A stretch of DNA of 64,000 bases from Octopus sinensis (taxonomy: Eukaryota): positions 42,284,001 to 42,348,000 of the forward strand of contig NC_042997.1 of the NCBI RefSeq assembly GCF_006345805.1, read 5' to 3'. How positions within the stretch are numbered: the first letter of the stretch is position 1; every line of letters starts with the position of its first letter. Shown here piece after piece: positions 50,019 to 62,329 of this stretch. The notes beneath the pieces are model-generated. The model worked only from the letters and a program-made list of their open reading frames with translations, was not told the DNA's origin and ran no database searches. Made by a program: the position numbers and the translations under genes.

Positions 50019-50190
50019 TCAAAGAATACCTTAGGAATGAGAACCCAGGTTCGAAATTTCCCCAAGACAGCTGATGAAGGCTGGAGGGTATATCAGCCGA
50101 AACATTGTGTTAACAACAAACAAGATGAGGACAAATATCCGTTAAATGTAAATAATGTAAATAATTCCTCATCTCTTAAATATAGAACAA
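49210..50190 (+). mobile_element. Penelope-like element, 3' part (GIY-YIG) with terminal segment
   Basis: NNYPK...VCLHYVKGLSEK; DCVFSIPCSCGSLYKGET...IRVDEH...SGIANHVW...KLKEA (GIY-YIG, with stops); followed by a tRNA-like module, (AAT)n and a hammerhead-like motif. Confidence 0.85.
50066..50111 (+). ncRNA. Degenerate minimal hammerhead-like motif at a Penelope terminus
   Basis: gacag-CTGATGA-a-ggctg(gagggtatat)cagcc-GAAAC-att-gtgtt; perfect 5-bp helix II, but helices I and III are mismatched in this copy. Confidence 0.5.
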
Positions 50191-50224
50191 TCTGTTACTT
50201 ATTTCATTGAAGTCATTGAACTTC

Positions 50225-50415
50225 GGCCATGCTGGGGCACTGATTTGAAGGATTTAATCCAGTACTTTTTTTTGTCTGACATTTATTCTATCGTACACTT
50301 TTGCCGAACCGCTTATTAACAAGGACAGAAACAAACTAACATCAGTTGTCAACCTATGATGGACGATAAACACAGCACAAGCACAAAGTCACACGCACGC
50401 ACGCACGCACGCGCG

Positions 50416-50475
<60 letters not shown>

Positions 50476-50478
50476 TAC

Positions 50479-50519
<41 letters not shown>

Positions 50520-50700
50520 TACACACGCACGCACATAAATATGTACATACACGACGGGTTTCCTCACAGTTTCCATCTACGAAATTAACTCACAAACTAT
50601 TGATCGGTTAGGGGCTATAGTAGAAGACACTCGCCCAAAATACTGTGCAGTGGGACCGAACCCGGGATTCCACGTGGCTGCAATGTGAATTTCCTGGCCA
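50225..50700 (-). mobile_element. Family C-like SINE, degenerate
   Basis: cggccatgctggggcac...ttttgccgaaccgc...cagtttccatctac...gtgggaccgaacccg. Confidence 0.7.
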
Positions 50701-51199
50701 CACAGACATGCCCGCGCCAACATACCTCTTAGAGGCTCCAGAAGGATACGACCTCCCAACCACCAGTTTACTACCCCTCTTTTAAGTTTTGTTTGCTTTT
50801 ATGAAAAGAATATAGAAAATCCATAACCGAACCGAATAGCGCTACATACTCTTATGAGTATGCAGTTACATTAAAGGAGTGCTTGCTATGTTGTGTGTTT
50901 CGTATTCTAAATTCATAATTTATTAGATTTAAAATGTCAAAGCAAAACATTTCTTTCGTGCGTCGTATGCGTAAATATAAATATTCCTTGGTATGTGGAC
51001 ATCGTTTCCATGTGAAATACATACCAGGTCTATAAATAACACATTCGCATATTATTTACAACTGGTGATGATTGTTTTAATTGAAGAATAGGTAAACATA
51101 GATTCGGGTTTACGAATTCTCACCGAGCCCCGCTCCTCTCTCTCCCTCTCTCCTTCTCACTCTTTTATATATGTATATATGTGTGTGTGTGTGTATGTT

Positions 51200-51382
51200 T
51201 CAAATTTAGGCACAAGGCCAGCAAGTTCGGGGAAGGGGTTAAGTCGATTATATCGACTCTAGTACTCAGCTGATGCTTATTTTATCAACTCCGAAAGGAT
51301 GAAATGGAAAGTCGACCTCGGCGGAATTTGAACGCATAGACGAACGAAATGCGCTAAGCATTTTGACCGGCGTGCTAACGAT
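51200..51382 (-). mobile_element. Family D SINE
   Basis: ggcacaaggcc...gaaagtcgacctcggcggaatttgaac...ccggcgtgctaacgat. Confidence 0.85.
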
Positions 51383-51387
51383 ATATA

Positions 51388-51451
<64 letters not shown>

Positions 51452-51493
51452 CAACATATATATAATCAAAATAAGCAACAAGAATGACTCCGG

Positions 51494-51586
51494 TAATTTG
51501 GTACGATCGTTTCGTACTACGTCATATTATTAAATGTTGTAAGTATTACAACAGTTTTAAAATGCTGAGCACTCATCAGCCAATTA
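51494..51586 (-). ncRNA. Type-I hammerhead ribozyme with an extended helix II
   Basis: Minus strand taattgg-CTGATGA-gtgc...gtac-GAAAC-gatc-GTA^ccaaatta: helix I 4+3 bp with one bulge; palindromic loop III; predicted cut between 51502 and 51501. Confidence 0.8.
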
Positions 51587-52424
51587 TAGAGGTTTTCCAT
51601 TAATACAAAAATGTTCATATCAAGTGGCAACATTATAGAGAAGGTAGATACATAGACAAAGATGTAGATTTAAATTTTAAGAACATTTGAGGTAGTGGAG
51701 CCCATCAACTGACTGACTAAGATACAGTTGTTCCAGACTACTGTAATGGTCTGTGAGGGAAGAACAAATGAAAGGAGACAATAAAGATTTTCTAATTATA
51801 GAAATGGGATAAAGGGGATGTCATAGCTCCATATAAGGAATTTATGTAGAAATCAGCATTGTCACAACTAAATCCCAATTACTACTATTTGATGAACAGA
51901 TTATTTGATGAACAGGTTATATTTTATAATATGAAGAGAGGTAATTTAGAAGAGTAAATTATTCAAATTTCATGGATAGTGAGTTGATATTAATGAATTA
52001 AAATATAGAATCGATTGGAAATAAATTTACTACCTGCGGATAAAAGTTAATTAGTTAGGTAAAAATATCTAAAGTTAATTATATATTAAGAAATGGGAGT
52101 GAGATAATCAAGATGAACCAAAAAGTTTCCCTAGGGACATAGGATTAATGCTACTTAGTATTGGAGAACATTATAAAAAAGAAGAATTTAATTCTAAGTT
52201 TGCAATGAAGTTATTTTAATCAATTATGGGTGTTAGATTAAAACCAGTATGGTATATTCGTTCCTATTTGGTTAAATATATTTTGTAAAGATATCTTAGA
52301 CTAATTATATATTAAGAAATGGAAGTGAGATAATCAAGGTGAACTGAAAAGTTTCTTTATGGACACAGGATTCATACTATTTAGTATTCCTACTATTTGG
52401 GATTCATACTATATATATATATAT

Positions 52425-52480
<56 letters not shown>

Positions 52481-52537
52481 AAATAAGGTGGCGAGCTGAC
52501 TGTATCATTAGCCCGCCGGTCAAAATGCTTACCGCAT

Positions 52538-52568
<31 letters not shown>

Positions 52569-52585
52569 CACACACACACACACAC

Positions 52586-52630
<45 letters not shown>

Positions 52631-52682
52631 ATATATATATAAATATATTATATATAAATAAAAAAAAAAATTAAAAATTATA

Positions 52683-52737
<55 letters not shown>

Positions 52738-53073
52738 TATAGATAGATATATAGATAGATAGAGAGAGAGAAGAGAGAGAGAGAGAGAGGAGGAGAGAGA
52801 GAGGAGAGAGAGAGAGAGAGAGCAGTGAGGGAGTTGGTCGAAACCGTCGTATCCACTCAAATATTTTTATTTTCATCTCTCCGAAGTCGATAAAATAGAA
52901 GATGATAACACACCGCGATAAACGTGGCTCTGTCCAGTACGAAATATTGATTTGTACCTAAGTAAGAATAAATAATTTACAGATGTTTCAGCCGATCATT
53001 CCTCTTCCTTACAAAATTTTACCTGTTGTTTTTTCAATATATATTTATTCGAAAGGTAATGGATAACACCATA

Positions 53074-53238
53074 GGCACAGGAGTGGCTGTGTGGTAAGTA
53101 GCTTGCTAACCAACCACATGGTTCCGGGTTCAGTCCCACTGCGTGGCATCTTGGGCAAGTGTCTTCTACTATAGCCCCGGGCCGACCAAAGCCTTATGAG
53201 AGGATTTGGTAGACGGAAACTGAAAGAAGCTCGTCGTA

Positions 53239-53293
<55 letters not shown>

Positions 53294-53490
53294 TTGTGTG
53301 TCTGTATTTGTCCCCTTAGCATTGCTTGACAACCGATGCTGGTGTGTTTACGTCCCCGTCACTTAGCGGTTCGGCAAAAGTGACCGATAGGATAAGTACT
53401 GGGCTTACAAAGAATAAGTCCCGGGGTCGATTTACTCGACTAAAGGCGGTGCTCCAGCATGGCCGCAGTCAAATGACTGAAACAAGTAAA
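53074..53490 (+). mobile_element. Family C SINE
   Basis: Full head to tail. Confidence 0.9.
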
Positions 53491-54419
53491 AAAAAACCCA
53501 AAAAAAACACCCATGAGCTCTGCAGGCCTCATCCTTAAACCGACGGTTGATGTTCAGTATAAACGTTTATAGGAAGGGAGAAACACGCCTAGGGTGGATG
53601 TCTCAAAAAGACTATAGTTCTGACGAAGATAAAGGAAAATACTAGCGATAACATTTTGTGAGGTGAAGCTTAATATAGATGACAAAAAATAACCGAAGTG
53701 GGTGCCGTGTGTTTCAATAAGGGTGGTACACAATGTTTTAGTTCGGCAGGTGAGGGTGGGGAGCAAAAATTTACTATGGTCGCGATTAAGGAGTTAGGAA
53801 AAGTACCGTTACAGCTTACATGTTAGTGAACATTCACCATAGGCCGATATTATGAAGATTTTCATTGATACTATTATTGTCTTTTATACATACATTTTGT
53901 ACTTATTACGACTTCCTTACTTATTAACACGATTCGGCTTTTAAAATGTGCATATTTTCAAGCCATAAACAATACGAGTTAGAATTCGGACTCTATATTG
54001 ATTAGTTTGGAATAATAGTCGTTTATTACTATTATTATTATTTTTTACCTAACATCTCATTAGTACATCTAAAAGACATAGAAAACACTGTCGACTCTTT
54101 GTCTTCAAAACAGTGAAAAGAGAAAAACTCCAATATATTCTCGTTACGTCTCGTTCAAGTCAAGTATTTTTACTGTGAATCTAATAATCTGATTGTGCCT
54201 CGAACAAGTCTTTGAAACTTATACTTGTCAATAACGCACTCATTCCTTTAGAAATGAAAGCAAGGGAAAAAGTAAAAAGGAAGGCAAAAACAGGATAAAG
54301 GGAGGAACTGACATAAAAGAGATTGGCATAAAAGAAAACTTCTTTTAGATTGAGTGAAGGCAAGAATTCGCAGGTAAAAAGTGTGGTGACGAGTAAAGTG
54401 GAAACAAATAATAGATAGG

Positions 54420-54519
<100 letters not shown>

Positions 54520-54958
54520 CAGATAGGAAGGTAAGTTTGTATGTTGCTAGATAGGTAAATAGGTAGGCAAGTCGATAGGTAGTTAAATAGGTAAACAAGT
54601 AGGTAAGTAGGTTAAGCAGATTGTGTTTTTGAGGCTAGGGTTAGGGTTAAAGGAATAGAAATGACAAAAGGTGGGCAGAAGGTAGATAAAAAGGAATGGA
54701 AGAGGATAAAGACGTGAGAAAGTCAGTGTTGAATGGTAAGAGGTGGCTTGAGGAAAACAATGGACAATGTACATAGAAGAGAAATGAAGCAAAATGGTAT
54801 AATAGAAAGAATCCTGCTGTGAATGAAATTGTTTTCATTGGCAATGTTGAAATATTTGTTCGGAAACAAAGTGGTTTTTGTTACCAAGACATTTGAAAAG
54901 GTGAGTTCGCAAGCAGTAAACGAGAAGTCGCAATAAATATATTTCAGAATTTAATATT

Positions 54959-55356
54959 CTTTTCTACTCTAGGCACAAGGCCCGAAATTTTGGGGGAGGG
55001 GCCAGTCGATTAGATCGACCCCAGTACACAGCTGGTACTTAATTTATCGACACTAAAGGATGAAAGGCAAAGTCGACTTCCGTGCAATTTGAACTCAGAA
55101 CGTAAAGACAGACGAAATACCGATTTCTTTATTACCCACAAGGGGCTAAACACAGAGAGGACAAACAAGGACAGACAAACGGATTGAGTCGATTATATCG
55201 ACCCCAGTGCGTAACTGGTACTTATTTAATCGACCCCGAAAGGATGAAAGGCAAAGTCGACCTAGGAGTAATTTGAACTCAGAACGTACCGGCAGACGAA
55301 ATACGGCTTCGCATTTCGCCCGGCGTGCTAACGTTTCTGCCAGCCCCTCGCCGCCT
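54959..55356 (-). mobile_element. Dimeric family D SINE
   Basis: Two core copies with different tails, inside a single 19-bp TSD tatttcagaatttaatatt (54940-54958 and 55357-55375). Confidence 0.88.
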
Positions 55357-55539
55357 TATTTCAGAATTTAATATTGTTTTTCTCTCGTTACTTTGAATCG
55401 CGTCAGGGTGATTTTGAATTTGCTCACTCTATGGCCAAGGAGAATTCAAATACTTAAGGATAATCTAGGGCTTACAGTGCCAGCCTACCACCCAATATAA
55501 TTTACCATTAGACTTTGGGAAACTATCAATACTTTACAC

Positions 55540-55872
55540 CAGTTGTTCTCAACTAGGATCCATATAAGATTTAGGAGGGGGGTCTATGCAACAAAATAGT
55601 AAATTGGGGATCAACAATAGTATTTTAAGAACCCCTGAAAAGAATTTGCTTTAGAGGTATGTATTGGTGTGTATTGCAAGAAATAGCTAGGTTTCTTTCT
55701 CTAACATTTTACTAAGTTCAACCTACACAAGTTAGTGTATGAAAAACAAAATAGGAATTTTGAAAGAAGTTTCTTTAAAACTAATATTTAAACATCGAAT
55801 GACTATTGGGTCCACCAGAATAAAATAGGGATCAAAAGGGTCCATAGACAAAAAAGGGGTTGAGAAGCCCTG
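55540..55872. mobile_element. hAT-type MITE (333 bp)
   Basis: 8-bp TSD ctttacac (55532-55539 and 55873-55880); TIRs cagttgttctcaac and gttgagaagccctg. Confidence 0.88.
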
Positions 55873-56569
55873 CTTTACACTGACATACAATTCAAAACAT
55901 TCTGTGGGAATATTTCCACTATGGTATATTACTGGTACATCTGCTATTAATGTCGAATGTATGAAAAATATAAAGAGGGTCCGATCTCAGAACATGAAGA
56001 CACGTTACTGAAAATCAACAACCAAAGGGTTTTGCGTGGTCGTTCGACCAGCTAGAAATAACAACCAAAAGACACACTGGACTGTGTAACCCTTGATACT
56101 ATATACTATAAAATAAGATGTGATGGTTAAGGGTGAAACGTATTTTTTAAAGGTCCCATTTTATCAGGGTTAATTCAGGTACGAGCTAAACAGCAGCAAC
56201 CAACTAACTAAATACTGTAAGTCTGATTCTAATCAGGATCTGCCCCATCCATCACATTTAGTCAAAATACCAACATTGCCAAGTAGGACTGGCTGAAGTA
56301 CCCGCAGCAACTCGGATAATTACTTGGGGAGTCACGTGCTAGGGGACGACACGTCTTGACTTAGGGATTTACCAAATATTAAAAAAAAAACATGCAAAAA
56401 TCATAAGTAAATTAAAATAAAAACAAAATGCATAAGTTCCTTGAGTGAAGTAAAAATGATTTTAAAATATTACATGGCTGAGTATGGGACTGCGAAGGAT
56501 GGGTAAAGATGTTATATGGATGATTAAAGATTTGAAGGATTAAAGGATCATCTCGATCTCTCTTTCTTC

Positions 56570-57735
56570 GCTGTGGTAAGAAGTTTGCTTCGTAGACCAC
56601 ATGGTTACGGGTTCGGACCCACTGTGTGGTATTTTGGGTTATTTGGCAGCTGGAAACTGAAAGAAGCCCGTCGCATATAAAGTGTGCATAGGCAGAGGCT
56701 GTGTGGCAAGAAGCTTGCTTCCCAACCACATGGTCCCTGGTTCAGTCCGTGACACCTTGGTCGAGTGTCTTCTACTATAGCCACGGGATCCCACCCACGG
56801 GCCGACCAAAGCTTTGTGATTCGATTTAGTAGACGGAAACTGAAAGAAGCTCGTTGTATGTGCGTGTATGAATGTGATTTTGCGTGAGTGTGTCTTTGTG
56901 TCTGTGTTTGTTCCCCCACTATCGCTTAACAACCGGTGTTGGTGTATTTATGTCCCCGTAACTTAGCGGTTCGGCAAAAAAATCGGTAGAATAAGTATCA
57001 AGCTTTAAAAAATAAGTACTGGGGTTGATTCATGGCCGCAGTCTAATGACTGAAACAAGTAATAGGTAGACGTGTGTGTTTGTGAACTTCCCACGCAGCT
57101 TGACAACCGCTGCTGGTTTATTTACATCCCATTAACGGTTCGGCAAAAAGAGAGATAAAACAAGTACCAAACTAAACTAAAATATAAATACTGGAGTGGA
57201 TTTGCTCGACTAAACTCTTCAAGGCAGTGCTGCAGCATGGCCGCGATCCAGTGACTGAAACAAGCAAAATATACAAAGATACAAGGCGCAGGAGTGGCTG
57301 TGTGGTAAGTAGCTTGCCAACCAACCACATGGTTCCGGGTTCAGTCCCACTGCGTGGCATCTTGGGCAAGTGTCTTCTGCTATAGCCCCGGGCCGACCAA
57401 TGCCTTGTGAGTGGATTTGGTAGACGGAAACTGAAAGAAGCCTGTCGTATATATGTATATATATATAAGTGTGTGTGTGTGTGTTTGTGTGTCTGTGTTT
57501 GTCCCCCTAGCATTGGTTGACAACCGATGCTGGTCTGTTTACGTCCTTGTCACTTAGCGGTTCGGCAAAAGAGACCGATAGAATAAGTACTGGGCTTACA
57601 AAGAATAAGCACTGGGCTTACAAAGAATAAGTACTGGGCTTACAAAGAATAAGTCCCGGGGTCGATTTGCTCGACTAAAGGCGGTGCCCCAGCATGGCCG
57701 CAGTCAAATGACTGAAACAAGTAAAAGAGTAAAAG
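56570..57735 (+). mobile_element. Cluster of 3-4 co-oriented family C SINE copies and fragments
   Basis: Heads at ~56570, ~56695 and ~57285, plus a tail fragment at ~57100-57270; the last copy has a 22-bp triplication. Confidence 0.85.
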
Positions 57736-58499
57736 AGAGAGAGTATAGGACGTTAAAATGGTGGTTTAACTATTATTGTTGCTTTCTTATTCGTCCTACC
57801 ATCCGATTTCAGTTGCTAATATCCTCTGTTTGTTTCCCATCAGCTTCACCCACAAATCTGTCCTCATTTCCAAATCCAGCACAGTCGCACCTTTGTCCTC
57901 ATGTCACTTCACATCCCCCTCATACCCGCACACCTAGCTGGCTATCTGCTTCCCCAGTCTTTCATACAGCAGTCTCCATTCTGCCCTAACAAGCCTCTTT
58001 AAACATCCTCTCTCTCTCCGCTTCAGTAATTAAACTCACCCCCTCACTGCCACTCCGACAACAGCAGCTACCTTGTGTCCTTGCGTTGAGGAAAAGTAAT
58101 TTTCTTTTGCTTAAGTTTATTTCTTGTTTCTCATTTATTTTTAATTTTCACTTTCTGCTTTAATTACTGTTTTGCGTCAATAATTAGCAGCTTCACTAAC
58201 TGGTTCTTGAGCCTAAACTAACCTACATTATATCTAACAGAAATGAAAAACAATACAACAAAAGGTTTCTTAGTTGTTTGTAGTCAGTAATAGGCAGTTT
58301 TGTCTTCTCAAACCCGGTATTCGAATGAATCTTACCAACAAGTGGAGACACGATGATTTGGGGAGACACGTCCCATATAATAGTCTCAAAATTTCTGACA
58401 ACGAACATATGCATATAGATATGAATACATATACGCATGAATACAAACATACACGCATACACAAACACGTGCAGATGTGTGTGTGTGTGTGTGTGTGTA

Positions 58500-58580
<81 letters not shown>

Positions 58581-58909
58581 CCAAAATTTCTTCACATAGC
58601 TTGATTAACAATTTACTATGAACTATATATGGACAAGCACATATTCTGTAAGTTCAATACCTCTCATCGGATCTCCAGGAATCAAACTTTCTTCAATACA
58701 GTTAAACTCACACCCTCATTTGTATCTTCACTCTCTGGAAAACTAAGATGTTTTGAAAAAACTTTTTAATAACCTGATATATGACTGTGTAATACTAATT
58801 GAACTCTTAGAAACCAATATGTTATCTAAATTCTCATTTTTGAATTTTCCATGATGTTTCATAAGTGTAACATTACCCCCTTTCATGTTTGGGAATCTCG
58901 GATGTTTTT

Positions 58910-58994
58910 TCGGCTGATGAGTACGAGCCACCTATATTTACTGCAATTTTTGTAGCTTTATTAAAGATGTCCTCGTACGAAACAATTGTACCGA
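58910..58994 (+). ncRNA. Type-I hammerhead ribozyme, canonical
   Basis: tcgg-CTGATGA-gtacgag...(44 nt)...ctcgtac-GAAAC-aatt-GTA^ccga: perfect 4-bp helix I, perfect 7-bp helix II, palindromic CAATTG helix/loop III; predicted cut after 58990. Confidence 0.88.
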
Positions 58995-59358
58995 TACATT
59001 GATCCATTCTTGTTGCTTTTTTCCTATATATATATAATGTGTGTGTGTACTGGTTTCAATCTTTGGACTATGACCATGGAAGGACACCGGTTTAAACAAT
59101 CATAACAACCTCATGACTTATTTCAGTCTAGTACTTAATTTATCGAACTTACTTCCTTAAGGTTTTCATAAGTGAGTCTCTGAGTCACTTGTTCTCATCA
59201 TCCAATAAATCTTGGAATTAGCCACTATCACCTTCTTGAAATCCCACTTCACGCGCCATTTATACAAAACTATTGCGAGTGGAAATTGTTTCATCTTCTC
59301 CTCATGTGAGCTTTTCTGACTGCATTTAGGCAAAATTTCCTCCTAATCCCAATGAGGC

Positions 59359-59767
59359 ACCTTTACTCTTTTACTCTTTTACTTGTTTCAGTCATCTGAC
59401 TGCGGCCATGCTGGAGCACCGCCTTTAATCGAGCAACTCGACCCGGGACTTATTCTTTGTAAGCCCAGTACTTATTCTATCGGTCTCTTTTGCCGAACCG
59501 CTAAGTAACGGAGACATAAACACACCAGCATCTGTTGTCAAGCAATGCTACGGGGACAAACACAGACACACACACACATACATATATATATACATACATA
59601 TATACGACGGGCTTCTTTCAGTTTCCGTCTACCAAATCCACTCACAAGGCTTTGGTCAGCCCGAGGCTATAGTAGAAGACACTTGCCCAAGGTGCCACGC
59701 AGTGGGACTGAACCGGGAACCATGTTGTTGGTAAACAAGCTACTTACCACACAGCCACTCCTGCGCC
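59359..59767 (-). mobile_element. Family C SINE
   Basis: TSD of ~18-20 bp (cc)tcctaatcccaatgaggc at 59339-59358 and 59766-59785. Confidence 0.92.
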
Positions 59768-60039
59768 TCCTAATCCCAATGAGGCTCCTTTAACATTTTT
59801 ATTGCTTTTTTTGAGATTATCCCATAATTCTGTGCGAACTGATGTTTATCATCTGTTGCTACAATTAATGTCCTTAAAACGGAAATAATTCATTGATGTT
59901 GTTGTATGCTGTAGTAGTGAAGTTATGCATAGAGTGAATGAAAACGATTACAATAGGTTCGGACGTTTTAAGGAATAGAGATTTGAAGGTTGATCAGGAA
60001 CGCCGCCTGACCTCGCTTTAGTATTTGACAGCAGGACAG

Positions 60040-60330
60040 AAACATTCGACAAACGATTCCGCATAGAAATCCCGTGTAATCCAAGCTTTTCTTCAGGTTT
60101 ACACATAACAAGGAGACTAAATTTGGAGACGCCTTTCATTGCTCTGAAAGTGTCAGAATGATAAACCAACAACGGCTTAGGTTTCAAGCCTCCAGTGACA
60201 TTTGCCTGAAGCAACAATGAAAGGCGATCTTTTTCTTGCTTTATTTCGTGATGTTTTCTGTTCCTCCTTCGAGGTGAACATTTTAGAAGATAAACATTTC
60301 CAAAATAGCTCACATTCATTTATATTAATG
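60040..60330 (-). mobile_element. pogo/Tigger transposase fragment
   Basis: ELFWKCLSSKMFTSKEE, then a frameshift, then KDRLSLLLQANVTGGLKPKPLLVYHS...AMKGVSK (pogo DDE region). Confidence 0.75.
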
Positions 60331-60689
60331 CATACTTGGATTAGGTTAATACCTCTTTCCTTTAGATTGTACTGGAAATTCCGATGTCACCTTGATGTTA
60401 ATACTGATTCCTCTGCAATTTCAATACTCGAGAATTTAGATCGTTTGTTAACCATTTCAATCAATGGGCAACAAACGTTTAAATGAATTTGTTTTGTATT
60501 TTTAACTAATTGAATTAATTTAACGCATGTTGCTGATTAAGGAGTTAGGAAAGTGACGAATAACACCGTCACACAACATCCACACAAACACTTAACATTT
60601 TCTTCATATTTACCAGAATTTTACTGTGCATAAATGTCAGTTTAGAAGCGTAACCTTTACTTGAGTTTTGCAAGGTAACATATTTCGTT

Positions 60690-61074
60690 AGATGGGGCCC
60701 AGTTAGAATTTTCTTCTGGTCGAGTAGCCCATCCCGCTCAAAAGGTCCCTGAATAAGGATTGTTTAAGGATGTTGAACGAAACACCCATGTTTCCAAAGG
60801 TGAATTATCTAAACCTCCAAGAATTCTTTTCAACACTCGGCGATGATGTTCCCCCACTACTTCTACTCATGATCAGAGATGCACATATCGTCAGCCACTA
60901 AGGGACATGCTCAACTGGTTATGGTCAAACAACTGACAAGCAAATCTGTGGTATTGGGCAGATTATTTGCTGTAGCCCATCTTTTATACCAAAACAAAAC
61001 AATGTACATGATAACACTTCCAATCAGTTAAGATCAGCAGCCATGAGAGCCACTGCCTGGTACTGCATCAGGAC

Positions 61075-61076
<2 letters not shown>
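60690..61076 (-). mobile_element. Unclassified (TAA)n-anchored repeat, copy 2
   Basis: Reverse complement of 14349-14740; abuts (ATT)n at the same end. Confidence 0.8.
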
Positions 61077-61126
<50 letters not shown>

Positions 61127-61552
61127 GCCTCTGCACAGCTTGTAACGCTGGAGGTGTACTACAGTGTCAGCTGTTCACTACCAGTGAACTAAGGTAACAC
61201 CCCTTATTTTTCGAGCACCTACCGGAGTATTCGAACGGTTCCGAGCAGTGCTGTTTTCTGCAAGTGCTCCACCCTTATTGCAGCCCCTATTTGTTCCACG
61301 TACTTCTCGAGATTTTTGCTCACTGTCCCCAGGCCTCCGACAATTAACGGTACTACTGCTCCCTTTTTCATCGACCACAACTGCTTAACTTCCCAAGCTA
61401 ACCTGTCGTATCTCTCGACTTTCTTCTTTATCGCATACCTTGTTGTCAGCTGAGAATGCTATATCTATGATCCAGTATAGTTTGTTTTCTTTCTCAATTA
61501 AGACTATGTCTGGCTTCCCATTTTCTATCTCATGGTCGCACTGAATCATAAG
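61127..61552 (-). mobile_element. R4/Dong 3' fragment in (TAA)n (fourth subfamily)
   Basis: Minus strand GKPDIVLIEKENKLYWIIDIAF...WEVKQLW...VPLIVGGLG...LQKTALLGTVRILR; (ATT)n on both sides. Confidence 0.85.
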
Positions 61553-61562
61553 ATTATTATTA

Positions 61563-61605
<43 letters not shown>

Positions 61606-61753
61606 GTTATTATTATCATCATCATCATCATCATTATTATTATTTGATGAAAACTCATCTTGTTTTGCTGAGTGTGAAAACTGTCAGCTGTCCACAACCA
61701 GCAGACTAAGGTGACACTTGTTCACTGGTCATGCTTCAATAATAATAATAATA

Positions 61754-61807
<54 letters not shown>

Positions 61808-62031
61808 GACGAGCGAAATGCTTAGCGACATTTCGTCCGTCCTTACGTTCTGAGTTCAACTTCTGCTGAGATTGACTTTCCCTTTCATGCTTTCGGGGTC
61901 GATGAATTAAGTACCAGTGAAACACTGGGGTCGATATCATCGACTAGTCCCCTCGTCCCAAAATTTCTGGTCTCTTTATTTACATATATACCAAACTAGC
62001 TTCAACATTATTTTTTGTTTATCAATGGTAA

Positions 62032-62179
62032 AAATCTAGAATTATGAATTAGAAAAGCATCTTTAAAAATTTCAATGTTGACAAATTAGAATGTTCATAA
62101 CAGACAAATTTAGAATTATGAATTAGAAAAACATGTTCAGAAATTTCGATGTTGACAAGTTTGAATGTTCATAACAGTC
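62032..62179. repeat. 74-bp tandem duplication
   Basis: aaat.tagaattatgaattagaaaa...gttgacaa...gaatgttcataacag.c twice (62032-62105 and 62106-62179). Confidence 0.8.
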
Positions 62180-62329
62180 AATAATATTAAAACAACTGTG
62201 CATCAATTTGTTTGAATGTACAAAGCTCATTAGTGTTAGAAGGGATCGACAAGAAATGAATATCATCAAAGTTTCAGTCATACTGAGTTAAAAGAAAAAG
62301 AAAGGTGGAGAAATGAAGATAGTAAAAAA

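Noticed and set aside
53615-53655. CTGACGA...GAAA
   Set aside because: The intervening agataaag cannot form helix II.
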